From Eledone cirrhosa (Eukaryota): a stretch of 64,000 nucleotides of DNA. The notes below the pieces were generated by a model. The model was not told the origin of the DNA, did no database searches, and worked only from the letters and a program-made list of their open reading frames with translations. The first letter of the stretch is position 1, and each line of letters starts with the position of its first letter. The position numbers and the translations under genes were made by a program. The stretch covers positions 102,672,001 through 102,736,000 of the forward strand of contig OZ024741.1 in the NCBI GenBank assembly GCA_964016885.1, written 5' to 3'. This document shows, piece by piece, positions 12,449 to 25,085 of the stretch.

Positions 12449-14005
12449 CAGCTGCATTTATCTTGCTTTATGTTTATACGAGTTATAACCAAGTCACAAC
12501 CAGTGGCCTCAAGAGACAACAAGGTCCGCCATGTTCAAGAAAGAACATACATACTCACACATGCATCTTTAGTGTTTAGACTTGTGATGTACTTATATTG
12601 ACAGAATCTTCCTTAGTATATGGGCAGTTCCCATTAGTACTATCTTTTGTATTTCTCCCATACGCGCGTTTCCTGGGATTTGCGATAAGTAATCATTAGA
12701 CCCCTTAGGTATCATCCCTAGAGCGCCTACAACCACTGGTATTGTTTTAGTTCTCAATTTCCACATTTTACCAATTTCTATCTCCAGGTCCTTATACTTG
12801 CTCAATTTTTCAAATGTTTTTATAGATACATTCTTGTCTATTGGAACGGACATATCAATTAGCAGGCATACTCTCTTTTTAAAGTCCTTCAGTATTATAT
12901 CAGGTCTATTTGCATCTACTTTTCGGTCTGTTTGGATGCTAAAGTTCCACAAGATTGAGATGTGATCTTTTTCAAGTATGGGAGGTGGTTGATGCTCCCA
13001 CCAATTCTTTTGATGGGGCAGGTCAATGTATGTATTGTGCTGCTCTGTCATGCCTGTTTAGGTATTCGATTGGAGCTATAGGACTGCACACTGAAATTAT
13101 ATGGTCAATGGTCTCTGGTTGTTTTTTACATACACGGCATAATGCATCCATTTTTTATTATGTTGGCTTGGTAATTTTTTGTTGGCAGACACTGATCTTG
13201 TGCTGATATAATCAGTCCTTCAGTCTCCGATTTCAGTCCAGAGGATGCCAACCACTGATGGGTTAAAGTTTTGTCAACATCAGGATTGTTAGCTCGTTCT
13301 GGGTATTTTCCATACAGAGGCTTTTCTTGCCATTTCTTAGCCAATTTATGTAGCAGTTCTTTCTTTGCAGTTACTTTTACCTGCTTTGCTTTTTCTGTGT
13401 TTTCCAATTCAGCAGTAAATGGGACTTCTGAAATTTGTAGTCCATTACTGTATCTTTGTGCATCTTTTGTAATGGAGTATGATCGTGTTTCAAAACGAGT
13501 TTGATCATCCAATCATGTGATTCCTTTAGATATGTAGATAATCCAATTGTTGCAGTTTTCAACGCAATGTCTAACAGGTTTAACCCACGTCCTCCTTCTT
13601 TCCTAGGGAGTTATATTCTATCTGTATCTGCCTTAGGGTGATGCATTCTGTGCATGGTTAAGAATTTTCGAATTTTTGTATCGAGCCTACGGATCTCTGT
13701 GCTTGACCCGTTGATGACATTGTAACTGTAGGTTACTACTGGTATGACAAGCGTGTTTATGGTATCGATCCTATTCTTTGCATTCAATTCCGTTCTTAAG
13801 ATTACTCTTACTCTGCGGTAACATTCCTTCCTTATCCTTTCCCTCATTGTCGAGTGCTTGATTCCGTCTCCTTCACAAACACCTAGATATTTGTAAGTTT
13901 CCTCTTGATCAAGTTCTCTTATCACATTCCCCCGATCAAGATTAATGTCTGAACATTTCAGCAGCTTTCCTCTGGTGAACATTGCTTTGGCGCATTTATC
14001 TAGTC
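12449..14005 (-). mobile_element. Dong/R4-clade LINE, 5'-truncated copy A
   Basis: RT thumb (YKYLG) to RLE endonuclease (RPDII..LIDMSVP..KLSKY); (TAA)n at both ends; highly similar to copy B. Confidence 0.9.
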
Positions 14006-14048
<43 letters not shown>

Positions 14049-14191
14049 AGTTGCATTTATCTTGCTTTATGTTCATACGAGTTATCACCAAGTCACAACC
14101 AGTGACCTCAAGAGACAACAAGGTCCGCCATGTTCAAGAAAGAACATACATACTCACACATGCATCTTTAGTGTTTAGACTTGTGATGTAC

Positions 14192-14875
14192 TTATATTGA
14201 CAGAATCTTCCTTAGTATATGGGCAGTTCCCATTAGTACTATCTTTTGTATTTCTCCTATACGCGGGTTTCCTGGGATTTGCGATAAGTAATCATTAGAC
14301 CCCATAGCTATCATTCCCAGAGCGCCCACAACCACTGGTATCCTTTTAGTTCTCAATTTCCACATTTTTCCGATTTCTATCTCCAGGTCCTTATACTTGC
14401 TCAATTTTTCAAATGTTTTTATAGATACATTCTTGTCTATTGGAACGGACATATCAATTAGCAGGCATACCCTCATTTTAAAGTCCTTCAATATTATATC
14501 AGGTCTATTTGCAACTATTTTTCGGTCTGTTTGGATGCTAAAGTTCCACAAGATTGAGATGTGATCTTTTTCAAGTATGGGAGGTGGTTGATGCTCCCAC
14601 CAATTCTTTTGATGGGGCAGGTCAAAATGCTTACACATTATCCAATGTATGTATTGTGCAGCTCTGTCATGCCTGTTTAGGTATTCGGTTGGAGCTATAG
14701 GACTGCACATTGAAATTATATGGTCAATGGTCTCTGGTTGTTTTTTGCATACACGGCATAATGGGCTGCATCCATTTTTTATTATGTTGGCTTGGTAATT
14801 TTTTGTTGGCAGACACTGATCTTGTGCTGATATAATCAGTCCTTCAGCCTCCGATTTCAGTCCAGAGGATGCCAA
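14192..14875 (-). pseudogene. CCHC and restriction-like endonuclease segment of copy B
   Basis: CRVCKKQPETIDHIISMC, RHD, RPDIILKD, LIDMSVP. Confidence 0.9.
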
Positions 14876-15585
14876 CCACTGATGGGTTAAAGTTTTGTCA
14901 ACATCAGGATTGTTAGCTCGTTCTGGGTATTTTCCATACAGAGGCTTTTCTTGCCATTTCTTAGCCAGTTTATGTAGCAGTTCTTTCTTTGCAGTTACTT
15001 TTACCTGCTTTGCTTTTTCTGTGTTTTACATTTCAGCTGTAAATGGGACTTCTGAAATTTGTAGTCCATTACTGTATCTTTGTGCATCTTTTGTAATGGA
15101 ATATGATCTTTTGATGCTTTCGTGTTTCAAAACGAGTTTGATCATCCAATCATGTGATTCCCTTAGATATGTAGATAATCCAATTGTTGCAGTTTTCAAC
15201 GCAATGTCTAACTGGACTAACCCACGTCCTCCTTCTTTCCTAGGGAGATATATTCTATCTGTATCTGCCTTAGGGTGATGCATTCTGTGCATGGTTAAGA
15301 GTTACGGATCTCTGTGCTTGACCAGTTGATGACATTGTAACTGTAGGTTACTACTGGTATGGCAAGCGTGTTTATGGCATCGATCATATTCCTTGCATTC
15401 AATTCCGTTCTTAAGATTGCTCATACTCTGCGGTAACATTACTTCCTTATCCTTTCCCTCATTCTCGAGTGCTTGATTCCGTCTCTTTCACAAACACCTA
15501 GATATTTGTAAGTTCCCTCTTGATCAAGTTCTCTTATCACATTCCCTCGATCAAGATTAATGTCTGAACTCTTCAGGAGCTTTCC

Positions 15586-16827
15586 TCAGGTGAACGTTGC
15601 TTTGGCGCATTTATCTAGTCCAAACTTCATTTGAATGTCATCACTGAACTGCTCCACAGTGGATAACAGCCCTTGCAATTGTTCATCATTTTTTGCAAGT
15701 AGTTTCAGGTCATCCATGTAGAACAAGTGATTAATAGTTTTGTCATAGACTTTATATCCATGTTTTGTTTCATTGAGCATTTTACTTAATGGTATAAGCG
15801 CGATGCAGAATAAAAGCGGTGATAAAGAGTCACCCTGAAAGATTCCACAATTATTAACTTCTCCAGCTTCCAGTGATTTTGTTTCACTATTCAAAAGGAG
15901 TGTCGTTTTCCATGTCTTCATACTGAATGACAAAAACCTCCTGACAACGGGGGATATTTTGAAAATCTCGAAACATTTTTCAATCCAACTGTGTGGCAAA
16001 CTATCGAATGCTTTTTTATAATCTATCCAAGCAATTGATAGATTTTTGTGTCTATTATGACAATTTTCCAGTATCATTTTGTTAACCAAAAGCTTATCCT
16101 TACAGCCATATGAGCCTCGTTTACACCCTTTCTGCTCAATGGGAAATAGGTCATTTGTTATCAGGTGGTCATATGTATATTCAGTTAGGACTGATGTTAA
16201 AATTTTATACATTGTGGTCAAGCAAGTTATCGGTCTGTAATTTTTGGGATTGTTTTTCTCGTCATTCTTCGGAAGCAGGAATGTAATGCTGTTAACTAGC
16301 CATGATGGTATCTTTTCTGGCTCCTTAACTATTTCATTGTAAAGTTGGGCTAACAGCTCATGAGACTCTGTGAAGGCAATTATCCAAAAATTTTCTATTT
16401 TGTCTTTTCCTCGGGATTTCCATTTGCTGGTTTTTCTTAGAGCCAAACGCAACTGTTCAACTGTTATATTTTCCCATATTTGTTCCTCAAGGTGAGCTGT
16501 ATCTTTCATTTGTCTGTCTATCCTTGGGGCATGTATATTATGTACTTTTTCTTCGGCCCAGATCTTTTCCCAGAATTCTTGCACTTCCTCCTTGGGTGGT
16601 ATTGATTTAGCAGTTATTGTTGACTTACCAATTTTTCTGTAGAAGTTTCTTTGGTTGGTTTTGAACATATTATTGTCCTTATAGAATCTAGATCGTTTTT
16701 CAAAGCGCCTTATACGAGCAGCTTTGGCCGACACTTTTTGCGTGATTATTTCTATCAGCATGCCTATGTCACTTGTTAGTTTTATACTGTACTTTCTTTT
16801 CAATTTTCTAAGTTTAGTTTGTTTCAC
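15586..16827 (-). pseudogene. Reverse transcriptase segment of Dong/R4 copy B
   Basis: 413-aa ORF with RT motifs including HLFYMDDLKL; frameshifts on both sides. Confidence 0.9.
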
Positions 16828-18988
16828 CTACTTTATAGTTTTTTAAAATTTCTATGTCAGATCGGAGAAGGTTTATTTGGCGATTGATGTTCTCTTGCCA
16901 AGTAGATTTCTTGTGGGAATTCCTTTGTTTTTTCATCTTCACTCCACGTAAGTGAGTGGTGACTTTAGCCGATGCATAATAGAGATGATTTAAATCAGTA
17001 ATGTTTAGTTTGTTTGTGATGATAATGTTTTTGATAATTATGTTAGTCTTGAGTATTATCTTTTGGTTCTGTTTGGAGTTCTGCATCTTAGGGGGGGGGG
17101 GGTGTCTCGTTCCTCCATGTCAGATACTTTCATTTTCATCCATTCGATCATAATTTCATCCTTCAAGTTGGCAAGTTCATTCTCATTCATTTCTTCATCA
17201 TTTACGATCTCATTGTTTTCATTTGGAGTTTCATCTTGAGCATGCACTCCCTCCACTTTTTCGATCCTTTCTTTAATTTGTTCTGTTGTCAGTGATTCCG
17301 CCCCGACCCTGGGATTCGAAGTGTTACAATTTACCTCGTTTTCACTGACACATGTTTCATTTTCCCTTGGCTGACTTTGTGCTAATAGCTTGATCTGATC
17401 AATTTCTATATCAGTTAGTAATTTTTTTTACAATATTTCTTCGTATATTGGCTAGTTGATACTGTCAATATAGCCTCTGTTTTCGGGATGTTTCTTTTTC
17501 CAGTTGATATATGTCTGTTCTGTATTCGATGTATTTGATGGGTAGTACATGGCAGTGTAGAAAGCCTCAAGGACTTCTTTATTATCTTCCCTTGACCATT
17601 TTTCTCTCTTTTTCTTTAGATTTCTTGGTGGTGAGCATGGAGGGCCAACAGTAGGAGTATTCCGGTTATGGGAGGTCTCCAGCTCCGAAGTGATGGGAAG
17701 GTTTGAACCATTAGCTGATTTTTTTACCCCAGTCTGGTTCTTCTCTGAGGGACGCGGCCCTTTTTTACCCGGGTGACGGCCGATCCGGTATGAGATTTTA
17801 TCATTAGACATTTACTTTATTTTGTCGCGTTTTATCCTTATCCGCCAAGGGGTAATCATTTCGTGTTACCACTTCTAGAACGAGTGTCAACCAAGACTAG
17901 AGGGTCCTTCTCCCCTAGAGACCCGGCTATTGCCCGCCGGCCGCCATCCCGGTATTTCTTGGTCACGGGGTTTTCTTTTTTGTTGTTTTTTTAAAATTGT
18001 TATTATCATGAGTGGTTCCTTAATGTGAGCATTGCGTGGCTTAAGAATGAAATTATTAATAATTGTTTCCACTCCAGGCACAAGGCCAGCAATTACCCAG
18101 TGCATTACAATAATATAATATACTTTTTGCTGAAGTTGCCTGTTATTGTTGTTGGCTATGTCGGTGGTGGTGCTGTGGATTTTTATATTGTAGGTGAGGA
18201 AGGGGGGAGCCAGCAGTGCCATAGTTGTTGACGTTTGGTCGGTGGCCGGGTCACTAAGTCAATCTATTTATATATTTTGCTAGCCTCTCCCTTGTCTAGT
18301 GATACCGCCACCTTCCCCTTTCTGAAGATAACAGAAGGTAATGGGGAATAGTGGTGGTAGCAATGAAGGAGTGGTGGCGGCGGTGATGGGAATGTGGTAG
18401 TAATGATGGATGGAGTGGTGGCGGCGGTGGTGTTGTTGTTAATGAGTTTTGTTGAATAGACAGTAGTATCTATGCGTTTGTGTCGCGTATGTTTAATATA
18501 TGTGTTGACATATTCTCTTAATATTGGAATTAAACATTTTGTTAAAACTTGAGACAATAATAATAGTAATTATTATTATTATGCTGGGATGGGTGGTGGT
18601 GGTGGTGAAATTGCCGTTATCAGGCTGTTGTATTTAGTGTACACAGCGGGCTGATGGGGTAGGTGGTGTATCTAGTTTCTGGTGTTGGTGAAATTGCTGT
18701 TATTTGGCTGTTCTATATAGTGTAGACAGAGGGGTTTTCTTCCGTTTATAACCATTTTCTTTTTTGAACATAAAATGTATAATACAAAATTGAATATTTG
18801 AGCGAGATAACAATATATTATGGATCCGAATTTTTATGATGCTTGATTCGGTGCTTTATGCATCATTTGTACTAAGAATTGTTATTTCACAATTGATTTA
18901 AATATGTTAAAAATCAAAAACTTACGGGAGCGATTTCATGACCTTCTACCACCACGTGCGTCTTATTCCCTTCTTCTTCTTATTATTA

Positions 18989-19022
<34 letters not shown>

Positions 19023-19023
<1 letters not shown>

Positions 19024-19232
19024 GGTGGATTGGCAGTAATGGTAGAAGGTCGGACGCCATGCTTTGTGACATAGAGTTACGGCCCTTTACAATCCGAGTT
19101 CAAATCCCGCCGAAGTTAACTTTGCCTTTCATCCTTTCGGGGTCGATAAAGTAAAGCACCAGTCACTCACTGGCGTCGATTTAATCGACTTCCCCCTCCC
19201 CCAAATATAAGAAACCATTATTATTATTATTG
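19023..19232 (+). mobile_element. SINE family A (variant tail)
   Basis: Full head ggtggattggcag..., core and (ATT)n tail. Confidence 0.85.
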
Positions 19233-19248
19233 GTTATTATTGTTGATT

Positions 19249-19333
19249 GGCGAGGCGCGTTTCGCTATTGATCAGCTCAAAGTTTGATCTGTATTGATCC
19301 GGCCCGACTTTGGAATGAAAAGCTCGTCGGACC
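19249..19333 (-). ncRNA. Hammerhead-like motif with ~60-nt stem II (core CCGACGA)
   Basis: GGT-CCGACGA-GCT...AGC-GAAA-CGCGCC-TC-GCC. The copy at 54692-54745 has the palindrome CGCGCG, a GUC triplet and ACC. Resembles 4278-4371. Confidence 0.55.
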
Positions 19334-19536
19334 TCTGTTGTAGTCATTACTACAACATACTGTGGCTTAGTTCCGATCTAGCTGTCGAAACGGCCGGAGC
19401 TCCGGGTCCTGACTCTCTTCCTATGACCTACTCTACTCCCCTAAGTATCGAGTACTCTGGTGCATTATGGTCCACTTGGTATCTTACCACACCCTCGTTT
19501 ATATGTATAAATAAATATATATATTTATATACATAA

Positions 19537-19638
<102 letters not shown>

Positions 19639-19801
19639 TGAGGGACACCAACAGTGTGAAACAGAATCTGTCAGCTTCTCTCCCTTCTTTGCCGAAAATA
19701 TAAGTAAGTGACATAGTCACTACTTTAAAATGATTGCGCAAGGTCTTCAAAATGTTTTTAATTAAACATACTGTATATTGCCAAATATACTATAAATACA
19801 G

Positions 19802-19881
<80 letters not shown>

Positions 19882-19931
19882 ATAATAATAAATTTGAAGA
19901 CTAACATCCAAAGAGGGCTCGAAAGCTGTTA

Positions 19932-20001
<70 letters not shown>

Positions 20002-20003
<2 letters not shown>

Positions 20004-20191
20004 AACAAGTATGACCCCGACGACAGAGCTCAAGCCGTTTCGACGGCTATTTGAGTCCAGAAATAACCGTCAAAACGGCTCGAGCTCTGCCGTCGGGGTC
20101 ATACTCGTTCCCATTACCCACTCTACTACCCTAAGTATTGAGTACTTTGATGCGTTATGGTCCATCTGGTTTCTTACCACAATTCCTTCGT
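20002..20191 (+). mobile_element. 190-bp TA-inserted hairpin element (copy 1)
   Basis: ~50-bp inverted arms 20002-20111 plus an 80-bp tail; same boundaries at 57252-57450. Confidence 0.75.
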
Positions 20192-20223
<32 letters not shown>

Positions 20224-20398
20224 TAAACAAATAATGAATAAACAATTCCTTATATTAAACAAAAAAAGTTCATTATTTAACGATCGTTTCTAGGGTATAT
20301 ATGTGTTATAATTGGTATGCATATTCAACAGATCTATGTACAAAATTATACAAAATTATACAAATTATCAAGATTAAATATACATACCTAACACATAT

Positions 20399-22045
20399 AT
20401 GAACAAAGCATTAATATTTGCTAAAAATAGATCTAATTTAACTTCGGATGACATTAACATTATTACACATGCTAGACTAACACTTATTGAATTTCAGAAT
20501 GAGTACTGGACCAGAAACACATACAGTAATCTTTTTGATATTACTATGGGTTCAAGCGATTCCGCCCAAATTACTGATCTTGTGGGCCTCTTTCTCCTTT
20601 TCAACATAAATGCCTCTTTTCCCCACCTCAAAGGTGGTTTATATCGTGATGACTGTCTTCTTCTTTCTAACAACCTTAGCCTTTCAGAAATCGAAAAAAA
20701 CAAAAAACATATTAGAACTTTCCTTAAAGACTATTATAATCTTAATATTACTTTTGAAAAAACAAGTAAAGTAGTAAATTTCCTAGATATAACTTTAGAT
20801 TTAGCTACGGGTATATACCAACCTTACCATAAACCTAACCAAAACTTACATTACATACACTCACAATCTAATCACCCTAAATCTATCCTTAAAAACCTTG
20901 CATATAATATATCACTTAGAATTTCTAACCTTTCTTCTAACCAAGATGTATTTGATAAAAATGCGACCTTTTATAATGAAGCTCTAGATAGAAGTGGCCA
21001 CAAAAATAGATTAGAGTATATACCTTCTACTAAAAATACTGAAAGCATACAGCATAATATTACCAACAAACACCAAATGAAAAGTACACACCTAAATGCC
21101 ACCCACAATATACCCCAAAATACTAAATCTTCTAATATAAAGTATAGTAACCCTCAAAAAACTAATCATACAACTATAATAAATATTAATAATAAAACTC
21201 CTAATAAAAAAGATAAAACACCTAAATCTACAAATATAACTAAAAATAGTTGTGGTGAGATCATTAACATTAATCCTCCTAGTAAAAATCATGATACAAC
21301 CTATAAAAATAATAAAAATAATAAACAACATAGAAACCGTAATAGACGAGTTACTTGGTATAATGCTCCTTTTAATTTACAAGTTAAGGATAATATTGCT
21401 AAAAAATTTTTTTATATCCTTGAGAAAAACTTCCCGCCAAACCACAAATACCATCAAATCTTAAATAGGTCTACAGTTAAATTCTCATACTCTACAACAA
21501 ATAACATAAAACAAAATATAAGTGCATATAATGCATATAAATGTAAGAAAACCATAAGTATACCACCAGTACATCAAATTAACAATAATATCTCCTCAAA
21601 TACAGAATTAACGAAAGGATGTAACTGTAGAAACAAAACAAACTGCCCATTAAAAGGGAATTGTCTTGTTAACAACATAGTCTATAAATGTAATGTTAAA
21701 ACTAAAGATTCTATTTGCTCATATATAGGAGCTACCTCTAACAATTTTAAGACAAGGTTTAATACCCACAAGCATAGTTTTAAAAATGCCGCACTGGCTA
21801 ATACAACATCTCTAGCAGAAAAAATCAATAGTTATAAAAATAAGAATATAAAATATGATTTGACCTGGAGTGTGCTCAAAAGAGCCACCCCTTATCAAAA
21901 TAATAGAAAGGAATGTAGATTATGTTCCCAAGAACTATTTGAAATAATGAAGTCTAAGGATATCTTATTAAATAAACGACAGGAATTAATTATATCGTGT
22001 AATCATAAACTAAAAAAAACATTTAAATATTATAAACCTAATTAA
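20399..22045 (+). CDS. Penelope-like RT (C-terminal half) plus GIY-YIG endonuclease, uninterrupted 548 aa
   Basis: FDITMGS, GLYRDD, VNFLD, SNHP, WYNAPF, KFSYS, CNC..CPLKGNC, IVYKC..YIG, FKTRF..H, CRLC..LNKRQE..CNH. Confidence 0.9.
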   Translation: MNKALIFAKNRSNLTSDDINIITHARLTLIEFQNEYWTRNTYSNLFDITMGSSDSAQITDLVGLFLLFNINASFPHLKGGLYRDDCLLLSNNLSLSEIEKNKKHIRTFLKDYYNLNITFEKTSKVVNFLDITLDLATGIYQPYHKPNQNLHYIHSQSNHPKSILKNLAYNISLRISNLSSNQDVFDKNATFYNEALDRSGHKNRLEYIPSTKNTESIQHNITNKHQMKSTHLNATHNIPQNTKSSNIKYSNPQKTNHTTIININNKTPNKKDKTPKSTNITKNSCGEIININPPSKNHDTTYKNNKNNKQHRNRNRRVTWYNAPFNLQVKDNIAKKFFYILEKNFPPNHKYHQILNRSTVKFSYSTTNNIKQNISAYNAYKCKKTISIPPVHQINNNISSNTELTKGCNCRNKTNCPLKGNCLVNNIVYKCNVKTKDSICSYIGATSNNFKTRFNTHKHSFKNAALANTTSLAEKINSYKNKNIKYDLTWSVLKRATPYQNNRKECRLCSQELFEIMKSKDILLNKRQELIISCNHKLKKTFKYYKPN

Positions 22046-22499
22046 TAACATTATTCTAGAAATTAATTTAATTTAAATGTTAGTTAACCTATAAATTTAA
22101 TTTAATTAATATTTTATTACAGATGAGAAAATATTATGTAATCATAAATTGTGAAAAACCTTTAAATATTACTAATATATACTTAGTAATTTAATTTATA
22201 GATTAATTTTAATTTATTTAAACCTTTTATTATAATTCTTTTACAGATAAAATATAACAAAATAATATCATGTATCCAATGACGGAGAAATAATTTTTAG
22301 TATTATAGACCTAATTAATATACATTTTGGAAATATATTTATTATTTGGTTTTAGTTTTAATCAACCTAAAAATTTTAATTTTAATTTGCTTAAAATTAG
22401 TATCCTTATACAGACGAATTGCAGAATGTCATGTAATCATAGAATGGGATGTGTTTTGGATATATACCTAGTTAATATATTCTGTGCAATTTTTTGAAA

Positions 22500-22574
22500 A
22501 AGATATGTATATGTATATGTGTATGTATATGTGTGTGTTGTGTATGTGTATCTGTATGTATGTATATATGTGTA

Positions 22575-22627
<53 letters not shown>

Positions 22628-23749
22628 ATATGTATGTATATGTGTATGTGTATGTATATGTATATGTATGCGTATTAATTTTGATTTCTATTTGCATATA
22701 ATTATATTATGCTATTGATGAAATACAATATCTGCTTTATGTATTGTATACCTAATTAACATATACTAATTAACGTATACTATTGAAATAAATATATAAT
22801 TTTTAATTTAGTTAACATATAATTTATATGCTACTACCGATGTAATACTTTATTTTATTTTTATTTGGGTTTCTTTTCCCTATTACTAAATTCATCTCCT
22901 AATATTGATACCATAACGTTATTAACTTTAATTTAGTTATAATGTAATTAATAATCTACTACTGTTTGACTTCAAAATTCTGCTTCAAATATTATAAACC
23001 TAACTAATTTACACCTTAGAAATCAATATGTTGACTATCTTTGGTTTAGTTAACATATGATTAATGGTATACTTATTTATTTTGAGATGCATAGATTTCG
23101 TATTTCCTAGCACTGAAAATATGTAAGAACATACATTGAATTAAGATACGGAAAATATTATATGTTTCTTGAAACATATATTTACTTTGATCCCCTTCTC
23201 CAAACCCCCCCTTTCCCCCATACTATTATCATCTGTATTTGTAAGCGTCTATGTATGAATATATATGTAGGTAGGTGTCTATATAGGTTTGGGTATTTAT
23301 ATCTAAATATAAAAATACATATATGAGCATGCAAATATGAATGTAAGATTGTGTGTGTATATATGATTGTACATACATATGTATGTATATATATGTATAT
23401 ATATGCATTATATATGTATGTGTATGTGAATGTGTTGTATGTATATGTGTATGTATGTGTATATATGTGTATGTATGTGTATGCTTGTATATATAGGAAT
23501 ATATATATGTGTATATATGTATGTATATGTATATGCGTGTATGTATGTATGTGTATGTGTGTTGTGTATATATATGTATGTCTCTCTATTTATATGTTTA
23601 TCTTCGTATCTATGTGATATATGTGTGTGTGTGTGCACGTATGCATATGTATGTGTTTGTGTGTGTTTGTATGTGTGTGTGTATATATGTGTATGTGCGC
23701 ACACACACATACACATATATATATATATATGTGAGTGTGTATGTGTGTC

Positions 23750-23782
<33 letters not shown>

Positions 23783-24123
23783 ATATATATATATGTATAT
23801 ATATGTATATATATATATAGATATATATATATATATGTATATAGGTGTCTATGTGTGAATATATGTCTTTATTCGTATGTGTGTATTTATGTATGTATAT
23901 ATTTATGTGTATGTATGTATGTGTATGTATGTATGTATATATATATATATATATATATGTATATGTATATATATATGTGTATATTATTCTTTATTATTAT
24001 AATATAACTTATGTGTATATGTGTATAAGTGAGGTTGTGTATGTATATATAATATATGTATATATAAGAGTAATAAAATATATATATATATATATATGTG
24101 CAAGTCTGTTTTTTATGTGTGTG

Positions 24124-24159
<36 letters not shown>

Positions 24160-24248
24160 TATACGTGTGTGTATATAGATATATATATATATATACATGT
24201 GGGTGTTTGTATGTGTATTTATGGTGGTATGAGCGTATGGATATATAT

Positions 24249-24287
<39 letters not shown>

Positions 24288-24293
24288 AGTCTA

Positions 24294-24344
<51 letters not shown>

Positions 24345-24660
24345 ATGTATATGTGTGTATATATATATATGTGTGTATGTATGTGTGTATATATATATAT
24401 CTCTATTAGTGCGTGTGTGTATGTATATACATATGCCTTTTTATTATTATTTTTATTTGTATGTCTGAGTTTGGTGAGGTTGTATTGTTTTTTATGTATA
24501 TACACATATATGGAAGCGTATGTATTTATATATATGAGTATAAGTAGGTGCATATGTATGTATGATTATATATCTAATTCTATGTATGAAGGTACATCTA
24601 TATATATATATATACGTGTGTATGTAAGTTGTGTGTGTATGTATCTATATGTCTATGTGA

Positions 24661-24706
<46 letters not shown>

Positions 24707-24795
24707 CGATGTGCGTATATGTATGTACATGTATGTACATGTATGTGTGTATGTATGTGTATGTATATTTAGATGTATGTGTATGTATATGTATA

Positions 24796-24844
<49 letters not shown>

Positions 24845-25085
24845 ATATATATATGTATGGATATATATCTTTATTATCTATTTTTTATATATATGTGTAT
24901 GTGTGTATGTGTTGCGCGTGTGTGTGTGTATATATATATCTTTTTATATGTGTATGTGTATGTTCGTGTAAGTGTATGTGTGTGTATGACTGTATATGTA
25001 TGTGTGTATGTGTGTATGCGTAAATATCTCTATGTGCGCGTACATGTATGTATGTGTATATATATCTGTATGTGTATGTATATTA
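22500..25085. repeat. Cryptic (TA/TG)n simple-sequence field inside the PLE 3' region
   Basis: Direct reading; two blocks, 22500-22670 and 23350-25085. Confidence 0.9.

Larger units (their letters stand above)
14048..18000 (-). mobile_element. Dong/R4-clade LINE, near full-length copy B (frameshifted single ORF)
   Basis: N-terminus at 17811; RT with NYRPITCL, DYKKAFDS, GIFQGDSLSP, YMDD; CRVC..HIISMC, RHD and PD-D RLE motifs; (TAA)n 3' flank. Confidence 0.92.

Noticed and set aside
17820-17990. HDV-like ribozyme in the Dong 5' UTR
   Set aside because: Could not assign P1/P1.1/P3 or the catalytic C by eye; reported only as a structured leader.
19890-19940. TTGAAGA...GAAAGCTGTTA hammerhead-like string
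   Set aside because: C3 is missing and stem II does not pair convincingly.
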